Of a stretch of DNA of 64,000 nt, positions 53,676-64,000 are shown piece after piece. A model generated the notes under the pieces. The model worked only from the letters and a program-made list of their open reading frames with translations, was not told the origin of the DNA and did no database searches. The stretch spans positions 10,540,001 through 10,604,000 of the forward strand of contig JBHGNT010000021.1 in NCBI GenBank assembly GCA_043228905.1, written 5' to 3'. Made by a program: the position numbers and the translations under genes. Source of the stretch: Azolla caroliniana. Its lineage: Eukaryota > Plantae > Polypodiophyta. The stretch's first letter is position 1. Each line of letters starts with the position of its first letter.

Positions 53676-54548
53676 GGCTTGAGGTCTAAAAAACTATGTG
53701 CTTAGGCTAAGGCAAAAAACTAATAAGCTCCTCTCTAAACATATACCACTCTCTAAACAGAAGCTCCCTCAATATAATGTATATATTATTTAATATTATA
53801 TTAATACAATACATAAAAATATTATTTTTAATATAGTAATTGTATTTAACATATTAATAATTACTTAAACTAGTCTATATGAAGTTAAATCAAGTATAAT
53901 ATAATTACAATCATTACCAAGCCATATATATGTTGGATTAAAGTTAAAATCATTGTTTAATTAATGGCACCCATATTTAATATAGAACTTCTCATTCATT
54001 GGTTCATTAATGCCCACCATTTTAAATATAAGACTTTTCAATCATTGGTTCATTCATGCCCACATCTTTAATACAAAGCAATTAAGAGTCATAAAAATGT
54101 TGATTTCAGTAATCAATCATTGGTTCATTCCTGAACCTCTATCATTGTTTCCTTCATGACCTTCAAAGTCATTGTAAGTTATTTTGACTATACAAAATTC
54201 ATCAATATGTTAGTTTGACTTTGTAATCATTAATGCAATCATAAGTTACTCTGGTTAATGTGACTATTGTTACTAACTAACCTCACGCTTGCCAACCCTG
54301 GTTAAGCTAATTGTGGTTACTTTAACCCCTGTGGTCAATCTCTATAAATAGGAAGACCTCGTCATATTTCACTCACACGAAACACAAGAGCACATAGAGC
54401 AAACAGAGCAAACAGAGCACGAAGCACGATAGCGAGATCCCCGCCTAAAAGTCAACAAATATCAACCTTGTCTTCAAAGAAAATCGAGCGCCAAGACTCC
54501 AGATAAGCCTCTAACACTATGGATATTTTTGTAAATATGTTTTAGCAT

Positions 54549-55372
54549 CAGGAACTCGATACACCGTATCGAGTTCCTGTATAAAACACAAACAATATAC
54601 ATGAACTCGATACGCTGTATCGAGTTCTTGTGTGATGTTTAGGTTTTATACAGGAACTCGTTACGGCGGTATTGAGTTCCTCTTTAAAGTTTTTGTTTTA
54701 AAGAGGAACTCGATACGCCGTATCGAGTTCCTCTATTTTGTTTGCGTTTTAAACAGACACTTGATACAGCGTATCGAGTTCCTGTATTATGTTTGCGTTT
54801 TAAACAGAACTTCGATACGCCGTATCGAGTTCCTGTATAATATGTGTGTTTTATACAAGAACACGATACAGCATATCGAGTTCCTGTATTATGTTTGCGT
54901 TTTAAACAAGAACTCATTACACCGTATCGAGTTCCTGTTTAAAACACAAACATTGTATAGGAACTCGATACGGCGTATCGAGTTCCTGTTTAAAACACAA
55001 ACATTATACAGGAACTCGATACGGCATATCGAGTTCCTATACACAGTTTATATTTTCTTGTATATAGTGTGCGTTTTAACCAGGAACTCGATACACCGTA
55101 TCGAGTTCCTGTGTTATGTAACTCTTTTTACAAAGGAACTCGATACAGCGTATCGAGCTCCTAGATTATGTTTGTGTTTTATACATGAACTCGATACGAC
55201 GTATCGAGTCCCTGTATAAAGTTCCTTTTTTATACAAGAACTCGATACACCATATCGAGTTCCTGTGTAAAGTATGTGTTTGATACACGAACTTGATACC
55301 CTACATCGATTTCATGTACAGACACGAACTATATACAGGAACACGATACGGCGTATCGAGTTCCTGTATAAA
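54549..55372. repeat. Palindromic ~51-bp unit array of copy B
   Basis: About 16 GGAACTCGATAC.N.GTATCGAGTTCC units. Confidence 0.95.
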
Positions 55373-55750
55373 ACAAGAACTTGAAAGAGGAATATTGTGT
55401 CTTTGGGGCAACAACTTAGTATTGTGTAAAAAGATATCAAACTTTCTGTCAAAATCAGTCTTTTTTTAGGGTGATTTGCCTTATTTTGTAAAAAATAGGG
55501 GCCTTAATTATAGAGGTTTTATGACCTAGTATAGCTTAAAATAGTAGAAAATAACCCACAAATTGCCTTTACGATACCAAATTCAAGTCTATCATATGCA
55601 AATTCTCTACAATATGGATATGGAATCAATATAAGCCATACCTGCCCTTCAAGACAATATATATCCTTGTATACTTATTAAGATATATATTTTCTATGTT
55701 GAATAGCCCTTAATAGAATAGATTTCTGAATATAGGACTACCATGTACAC

Positions 55751-56212
55751 TCAAGCCTCCTTCAACGTCTTTGCATCCTTGATGTAGCCGAGCATCTTAT
55801 TGTGCACACAGGACGCGAGGCAGTAAAATACTCGGCTTGCTCCTTGCTCCCATGTCGGGAAGTCTTTGTGTGTCGGCTTCGGTGCTACCTCGTTGGTTCC
55901 TTCCACGTAGCTCCAATATCCATGTCCCAGCAGGTACTGGTGCATTTTATATGACCAGGATGCGTAGTTGCTCCTGTCAAGCTTCTCTGTGGGAAGTGAA
56001 CTCGCCATACCTCTGTCCATATCTTTCTCTGTTTGTCCTTACTAGGTATTAGGGTTTGTCTTCTAAAGCGACTGTCGGCTACAAAGGTTCTCAACCCTCG
56101 TGCTCTAATACCATATGAAAGTAAACGTGCGAAAGCGTTTGACAAACCGGCTCAGCTGGATAACAACAAAAGATAAAAGGAAAACTCAACACACACAAAG
56201 AGTACGCGTATG

Positions 56213-56255
<43 letters not shown>

Positions 56256-56563
56256 AGAACATAAAACTAAATTCAAAATAACACTCTGTAAACTCTGTAC
56301 ATACAATGTGCTTACACAACACTATTTATACAAGTTCTCAGAAGGACTGACAAAACTACAATGTACTTCAATGTTCCTATGTGCGACTGACACTAACTAC
56401 GAGACAATGATTATATAGTAGTCTAGGTTAGTACTAGGCTTCCGGTTCCCGTTCAAATCCGGCTCTCCGATCCGTCTCACCGATTTGGCCGGTTGTTTTT
56501 GGATACCGATCCAGCTCAGGCTTATCTAGCCGATCCGAATCCGGTTGAGCTTGCCGCTCAACA
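55751..56563 (-). mobile_element. Copia B, 5' end (LTR 56114-56563, PBS 56102-56113, gag start)
   Basis: TGTTGAGCGGCAAGCTC LTR start; TGGTATTAGAGC PBS; MDRGMASSLPTEKLDRSNYASW. Confidence 0.9.
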
Positions 56564-57724
56564 GAGTACTTCTCCGATGAATTCACCTCCTACCTCCAAA
56601 GTGAAGGCATTCGGACACACACCCCAACAAAATGAAGTCGCCGAAAGAAAGAATCGGCAAATACTCGAGGTAGTACGGGCCATGTTACATGAGAAGCACA
56701 TGTCAAACTTCTAATGGGCTGACCCGGCATCCATGGCCATCTATCTCATGAACCGGTGCACCACTAATGGAGTGCATGAGATAGCTCCATACAAGCTCCT
56801 CATACAAACACATTTTTGAAGAGAGTTTGATTACAATGAGGCTTAGTGGGCCACAAGAACCCCCGCGCGACCCAAGCACATCGCGGCCAAGTCTGCACTT
56901 GGACAAAGGCAAAGGTAAGATGGCCAAATATGAAGTCAACCCTGGAGCAAAGAAGGTGCTCACATTGGCGAGCGAAAAACTTCGACGATCATCTAGAGCG
57001 AAATACGTGTCACTCGGCTCAACTACAACGAGTACATGGCCCATCACTATGCCTTCGCGATGAAGGTAGCGGACGAACAAGAGCCCAAGAGCTCCATCGA
57101 AGCGGCTCGTAACCCACGATGGGTGGAAGTAGTCGACCTTCACCCACACACTACAAGCCTTCATCACCGGCTTGATGGGGAGGAACCGAGATTGCCACGG
57201 CGAAGAAAGTCGAAGGCCGGATAGAAGCACATGAAGGCAATGAAAGCCAAAGCGGATGTCGGACACCTCACACTTGAGCTTGAGGGGGCGTGTTGAGAGA
57301 TCAAGCTCAACTTAGTTTAGTTATTTAGTCAACCATGTAACTTCGTAGTTACCTAGATAGAATCTAGTTAGGAGTGTTGACTATAACACCTTAAATAGGT
57401 CCTTGTACTTAAGTGGGATATTCTAGATCCCCCACTCCTAAGTACATTTAATATAGGACTTACACCTTAGTACCTATATTCTACTCACACATGTGTACCT
57501 TTGCACATGAGATGTATATATACCTCATTGTGGATATTTTTGTATTCGATGATGATGATGCTAATTAAATATAGAGTTAATCATCCCCCATCTTGTGTTG
57601 TTCATAAGTGTTAACTTCCTCTCTCTCTCTTCCTCTCACACACATATCACTTAATCTTCCGCTTATCAACTAATCACATAATTAGGTACTAATTAACCCT
57701 TGCTTAATTACCTAATTCTAAACA
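56564..57724 (+). mobile_element. Copia C, 3' part (INT from EYFSDEF, internal deletions, PPT, 3' LTR 57291-57724)
   Basis: HTPQQNEVAERKNR; TGAGGGGGCG|TGTTGAGAGATCAAGC. Confidence 0.9.
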
Positions 57725-58300
57725 GATTTCCTCCGAGCATCTTCAGTCTAGATTGCGCTAGTGACTTCGGAGTACTTCCCGGTTGCAGTCGACGCATTGC
57801 ACATGGTTGTGACGAAAGTTTCTCACGAAGGGGGGAGACTACTCATAAAAAGCATCGCTCTTAGTTCATCCTCAATGGTCGTCCCGTGAGCGGAGATTTG
57901 GGAACTTAGGCTTTTGTACTTGTTGAGATGTGCCTGGACCGAATCGGATTCTTTCATCCGAAGATTATAAAGGTGTTGAATCAAATATATCTTTGCAGCG
58001 GCTACCTTCTTCTCATAAGTGTTCGAGAGTGTCTTCCATAGTTGGAAGATCGTCAGACACGATTGCACAGTGAAGTACACTAACTCTGACAAGTGCATCT
58101 GAATGGTGGCTTAGACGATTCTATCAAGTTTCGTCCAGTCATTCAGCTTGATTCCTTCTAGAGGGGTTTCTTACTCGATCGGATCTATCTGACCCTTGAC
58201 TATTACATAGTCTTGCATCTGCTCCTTCTAGAAGTTGAAGTTCGATCCATCAAACTACCTTAGACTCATTTCTGATGAGCCTGATGTTGATGCCATCTGT
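57725..58300 (-). mobile_element. Copia D gag N-terminal part
   Basis: FDGSNFNF*KEQMQDY, LWKTLSNTYEK, LMSSLPPS-like; joins 44721 as ..EDARRKSFAKD. Confidence 0.8.
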
Positions 58301-58770
58301 GTCGGCTTGTTAGACTCTATTCGTAGTTGACTACAAACGGTGGTGGGATGGAGCCGACCGGCTCACCCAATATCGTTTTAGTCGTATTCGAAGACAAGTC
58401 GAATCGGTTTCCCAAGTTGGATACGAATCTGTCGAATTGATTCTGATGCTTATTTCGAGATGTCGATCACAGATTTTGTGTCGATTATCCAAGCCAATCC
58501 TGCTTCAAATGACTACAACGATGAGAGGGATGGAGCTGACTGGTCCTCCTGAATGTCGTCTAGCTTAATGAAGCACTGATAGGAGTTGTTCCCTAGAGCG
58601 CAATTTGCTACAAGTGATTATGACGAGCAAATGAATAGTGTCGATCAACCTATTCGATTGTTGTCTAACCTGATGAAGCACAATTGAGGCAGAACTTGCT
58701 GAACGAACACTCACTCCGAGCGGCTACAATCGTAAGAGTAAAGTACAGCCAACTAGCTTACTTCAAGAGT

Positions 58771-61700
58771 AACACCGGGTCATTTGAAATGGGTAATATG
58801 TCTCATTTTAAGAACACTAATTCGAAAAAGGGCACAAAACCACGAAGTTTACAAAAAGACGTGACACATGCGCAAAGCTTTTCAAAAAATGTGTCAAAAT
58901 ATATTGAATTTCAACAGGACTACCACTTTGAGGCATAAGTAAAATGCCTAACAATATACATCGCCAAAATTACAAAAGAATGTACAACATGACTACCAGC
59001 TATAATTATACATATTTGTGATTTAACATCTTAAAGTAATTTACAAAGTTTCAGATCATTTAGTAAAACGATCCCAAGCTTGAACCAAATCAACATTTTA
59101 AGACATGTCTGATGGACTGGAAGAGCATTCTGACGTCTCATCCTCATCATCAGGGGCAATCAATGCAGTATCTTCATCCAATTCCAAGCCAACATCTTTG
59201 TGGTTAGTCTCTGTATATTGTTTGATACCATATTTGGGATTTTCTCCTTTATTATCTTGATGGTGGCTTGTCTTAGATGGCCCGATTTTGTCAATGAGAA
59301 GTCGTATACTAGTATGTCAACACGGTCTAGTGCGAGAGTAGTTGTGCTTGGTATATTCTTTCTTCTTCTCTTTCTGGTTGAACATCCGACATCCTTAACC
59401 ATATCTAAAGAATGCTTTCCCGTAAATGCATCAGGTGAAGATGTCTGATACCAATGGACCACAATTGACTTTATCTTATTGCCTTCTTCATCCTTCACTA
59501 ATTCAATCATTTTTGCAATCCAAAATGGATGGCCCAAGTTATCATCCCCAGCTAATGATGCGACCAACATTCCAACTTGTAGTTCTTGCAAATTACCTTG
59601 CCATCTTGCCTCAACAATACGTGACTTTCTTGGTCCCACGTAAATATCTCTTTGTAGTGGTTGAACTAAATTATCAAGCTCTATATTATTCGATGGTTGA
59701 TGATGAGTTGGGGATATCATTGATGGCACCCCAATATTCCATGTGAATGGGTTATGGATTGGCCAAAATCCGGCGATGTAATTATCTAAACTGGTGCGTT
59801 GATGAGTAAAGAAGATCTCCCACCATTCAACATCCTCATCACCGGCGTACTTCTTGGTGCGATCAATATTCTTTTGTTTCTCTTCTAGACATCGCAACCA
59901 ATATGCCCTTTGTTCATCAATAGAACTATTGGGTGCCACATTTTTATGATAATCATATGGCATTTGTTGTGCACCATGCAATGGTGCATTTGGGATATGA
60001 AGTAGGAGCCTACAAACTTCTTGGGACTCCCATTGTGTACTAGATGAGTATTGTTTTGCAAACAACACCGTCATCTTGAGGTGGGCCAAGGTTTGTTTTA
60101 TGAGGAAGACATGGTTGAAACTTATATTATTAAGTGGTGCAAGCACCCTACATTTAGTCCCATCACCAGCCATGCAGAAACGTTTAAAGTCGTACACTTC
60201 ATTCAAGTGATGTACTTCAGGCTTTGGTGTATATGCTTCACTTATCAATTTTGATAGTGTGGTAAGCGTGAAAGCATTACAACGAGCTAGTTTCTTTGAG
60301 AACCTACTAAACATTTGATCTATGTGATCATGGGTATGACCAACTAATAAGAAGTTGACCTTTATCTTTTTAAATATGCCCCTCTCTACTAGCATGCTTA
60401 GATAACTGAAGACAGTTGAGTTTTTATTCTCTCTAGCTGTGTTGTCTAGTTGCACATATAGAACTGGCGGTACTATGCTTGACCATGATTGCAATACTCT
60501 GTGCATGACGGTGATAGTGAGATTAGGGTCGTTGTGGATATTAGGATAAGTTAAGATTACTTGTGGCCTTATTGTTTGACAATATGTCAAACACCATACT
60601 AGATGCATTTGCACGAGGCCATCATCTGCAATATCTTTTGGGAGTCGTTGGAAATGCGGCAAACAAGTCTTCTTTTGATCCATGCCATCAATAATCATGC
60701 ACATATACTTTCGGGAGATTGAAGCGCTTTTTGTCAGTGATGCATAGCCTTAGAATGTTCCAATGCTTGACTTTCACAATGTTCTTTTAATAGGTTCTTG
60801 TAATTCCTTATCTCTACATCTGATTTTCCACCCTTGGCCATACTTTTTAAACTTGCACATATTGAGCAGACTCCCATTCGTACCTTTCGTGGGATAACCA
60901 CATTGTTAAATTGTAACCTCCACAATCGATTAAAATGTCTATATTGTATGTAAGGTGCATCATCTACTGACATGTCGTCCTTGTATGATTGGTAAACTTC
61001 CCTTCGAGTAAAGTTATCTGACAAATGAAGTCTTCCTGTCGTAGGCATAATGTCGCACTGTTTTGAAAAATATACTTCCATCCACCTAATTGCGTGTTGC
61101 CCAATTTGACCCTTACATCTAGAACCATTTCGATCGAACGGTACCCACGATCCCTTCAGAAGACACTCTTGAACTCGTTGCAGCCACATATTTCCAATGC
61201 TATGAGCGATTTTAAAAGCTACTCGACAACACTTAGTATTTAGTCCAAGGAAATATTCAACCTACGTAGAATTAGGCCCGGTGTTGTGATCCATTTTAAG
61301 CTGCATATGCGAAAGAAGAAATGTGTCCTGCTCTTCCCCATTAAGCAACAAATATTTTTGTCGTGTTTCACGTAACCTCGACTTTCCATAAGTTGAAAGG
61401 CAGAGATTCGCACAACATGTTTTGTTCAAGTCGCAAAGAAGTTGACGAGCAGAACATAAAAAATTAAATCTCTTTTCACTAACTTGTTGAGGAATTCTTT
61501 TAAATGCAAGTGGTTTACTAATACTACTGTTATCTATAGAAGTATCGTCCGCTTCTAAGCTTACATGAAGAGGGCCATCAACAGGATCAATTGAAAAAAG
61601 AGAATTCAAGCTACTAGGAGCCTCACTTTTCTGTTTTTGACGCGAGCCTTTCGAATGTCTCTTGTAATCGTACTCTTCTATTGAGAAATACGAGTTGTTG

Positions 61701-62000
61701 GACAAAGAAAAGGGGGCAATAGAAAAAAAAGACATTCTACTTGTAGAAGAAGACATTCTCAAAACTATCAAGACAAACCCTGTGGCACTACCATCAAAGG
61801 GCTATATACCGAACTCCTCTATAAAAAAGATTAAGGAATGTTGAATCTTTACAATATAACTATTAGAACTAGACATGAGTTATTGGTTAGACTATAACAC
61901 TTTTTAGGAAGAGAAATTTCAAAAAAAATTAATTAAAAATTAATTTTTATTTTTAAAAAAAAACTTTTATGTATAATGAAGTTTCAAATTTTATTTTCAT
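58771..62000 (-). mobile_element. Divergent third Sola-like transposase-bearing element; far end truncated or uncertain
   Basis: Candidate terminus AACACCGGGTC at 58771; transposase homologous to copies A and B. Confidence 0.7.
59160..61771 (-). pseudogene. Sola-like transposase, least disrupted copy in the window
   Basis: ORFs 61262-61771, 60734-61189 and 59160-60704 with DGMDQKKTCLP, YVQLDNTARENKN, GHTHDHIDQMFS, FWIAK..VHWY. Confidence 0.88.
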
Positions 62001-62332
62001 TATCGCGACAAAGAATCCATCGAGCTCAGAGCACAGACTAATTTCAAGCACTCCAAAGCATTACCTCCGAAGCACTACCTCCGCCAGACATCATGAACAA
62101 GGGAAAGAAGATCACCAGGTTAGCAATATTCTTTACATTTTTTAAGATTCTAAAAGATTCCTTAAAGATTCCTTTTGACAATAAGCAATAATCCCCAAAT
62201 ATTTTGTTATGGAAACACACCATCAAATTAAAATGCACTTAAACTTCACTAGATGGTTAAGGAGAAGTCATGTCGAGTATTTTAAATTATTCATTAGGAG
62301 GGAATAAGCCCCTTCCCCTATTAGTATGTAAC

Positions 62333-62848
62333 CTAATATGCATCCTGCAACTCAAAAAAATTGGGTACAACGTAGTCTTTACGCAAAGGCCAGCCGATCC
62401 GGCTTTCAGGCATCAGTATACGCCTAAGACGTGGATGACACTGATAGATTATTCCTAACATGTCATAAGATTCCCGTTCCTGAAAGTCAGAACTTTTCCA
62501 AACCCGAAAAACCGAAGGAATTATAGGGTTTTCTCTTGGAACAAAGATCTTTGTACAAACCTCCTCAGGTTGATCCACCTCGTCTTGCATCTGCGTGAGG
62601 TGATACACGCTAACTAAAGGCCCCCCCGGTGTAGCGTCATATGCACATTGGGAACGTATGTAGTTGAAACCAAAAATGTATGGAGCAACAGCTATTGACA
62701 GCCACTCTTTATCTTTAACCTACGAAGTTTCGACACCTCTATAATCATAACCTAGGGGTCTATGAGGGAATCCGTGTTTGGTCAACCAAGCGGATAATCA
62801 ACCCTGCGTCGTCTTGGTGTCAAACATTTTTGTCTCGGTAGTACTCAT
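62333..62848 (-). pseudogene. ndhJ: NDH subunit J (plastid-derived)
   Basis: [52 protein letters not shown]; stops at 62798 and 62720. Confidence 0.93.
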
Positions 62849-62969
62849 ATCGATTAAAACCTCTCTTCTGTTTCTATACCCCAAAAAACTATTAACTCAT
62901 CAGCTTCCGATATTGATTATTCTGAAAGTTGACCTTTTACTATTATTGAATCTAACGAGACCAAAAAAG

Positions 62970-63666
62970 CATCTAACGAGGACTCTCTACCCCGATCATC
63001 TAGTTGTTGGTTGTATTCGCCAGTGTGAATGTTGGGTACTAAATGGAGGTGATGATTCATACCAAAGTACTTTTTTCGAGTAGAACTAGAAGCTCAATCC
63101 TTGTTCCTATAGTTATTCTCTCGAGCCACTTTTTTGTGAAGTTTGGTCACAGCATCAATAATAGCTTCGGGTCTAGGTGGACAACCCGGCAAATAAATAT
63201 CTACATGAATTAATTTATCTACCCCGCGAACAGTGTTGTAGGAATCTGTACTAAACATACCTCCTGTAATTGTGCAGGCTCCCATAGCAATTACGTATTT
63301 TGGTTCAGGCATCTATTCATATAACCTAACCAGGGATGGAGCCATTTTCCTAGTTATCGTACCGGCTGTCACGATGAGGTCAGCCTATCTGGGGCTGGAC
63401 CTGGGTACTAAGCCGTATCGGTCGAAGTCAAATCGCGAACCTATTAGTGAAGCAAACTCAATAAAACAGCAGCTAGTACCGTATAATAGTGGCCACAAAC
63501 TTGATAGTCTAAACCAATTTGAAGAGTCATTAATACTAGCTAAAAAAATTGAGTTTGACGCGCCCTGATCAGGTAACAAGGACTCTATTGAATAGATAAG
63601 GGAATTCTCAGGGGGTTTAACCTTGTCACTGCTTTTCCCATTCGAATATTCAGTAATTGAGACCGT
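62970..63666 (-). pseudogene. ndhK: NDH subunit K (plastid-derived)
   Basis: [50 protein letters not shown]; ACG start at 63666; 3' end approximate. Confidence 0.93.
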
Positions 63667-63690
63667 TCCGATGCTCCTTTTCGCCATGCA
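63657..63690 (-). pseudogene. ndhC: Last ~11 codons of NDH subunit 3
   Basis: GCA TGG CGA AAA GGA GCA TCG GAA CGG TCT CAA gives AWRKGALEWS* after C-to-U editing. Confidence 0.85.
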
Positions 63691-64000
63691 CTGCATCGAA
63701 TTTTCGTTGAAAAAATAGGGTTTTGTAGATAGAAAATTGATGTCCCTCATCACCGTTTTCTCATCATTTCGATACTATTTTTAGTGTTTTGTATTTAATT
63801 TTTCTTTATTTTATTGCTTTCTCCATCGTTTTTGTTCAAATAGTATGGTCTTGTTCATAATTAACCTAAATAGGATGTTGTCTTAATTTCAATGACTCTC
63901 GTCAAAAAGTTCCTTCGTTTAAACTAAAGATTCAAACTCCAACAAAGCGAAATTCTGACTCTTTTGTCAAAGATGTCTCTAGAAGAACTCTATTTGACTC

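Larger units (their letters stand above)
50517..55472 (-). mobile_element. Sola-like transposon copy B, inverted relative to A, MTase-side end lost
   Basis: TIR AACACGTTCGCGTTCACAAGTGG at 50517; colinear with copy A (minus N) up to 55472. Confidence 0.9.
62240..63690 (-). other. Nuclear plastid DNA insertion (NUPT): ndhC 3' end, ndhK, ndhJ
   Basis: Plastid gene order preserved; adjacent to nuclear TEs; ndhC truncated at ~63690. Left boundary approximate. Confidence 0.9.

Noticed and set aside
55473-55484. GATTTGCCTTAT (DLPY) as the missing MTase catalytic motif in copy B
   Set aside because: No preceding hydrophobic strand, and stops follow within ~15 codons in AT-rich DNA; probably chance
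61275-61286. CCCGGTGTT as the partner TIR of 58771
   Set aside because: Lies inside the transposase coding region, the match is short, and there is no matching TSD
63385-63753. ndhK starting at the ORF-track start 63753, or functional plastid genes
   Set aside because: Sequence upstream of ~63690 is not ndhC, the likely start is ACG at 63666, and nuclear copies would not be edited

Overview
Plant nuclear, TE-saturated DNA, most likely from a fern: the plastid insertion at the right end keeps C-to-U editing sites and possible U-to-C sites. The window is a nest of degenerate Ty1/Copia and Ty3/Gypsy retrotransposons and solo LTRs, with no intact host gene. It also holds four members of a Sola-like DDD-type DNA transposon group (36-bp TIRs beginning AACAC, 4-bp TSDs). 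The key observation is in copy A (28356-39042). Divergent from its transposase it carries an intron-containing remnant of a bacterial-type N4-cytosine/N6-adenine DNA methyltransferase (NPYQKP..L...DWILDLFSGIG|TTFACA...VALDKD), next to an array of 33-bp palindromes. Two inverted copies of this transposon bracket an inversion of at least 11.5 kb, reconstructed from swapped TSD flanks and four split host elements. The window ends in an ndhC'-ndhK-ndhJ NUPT.
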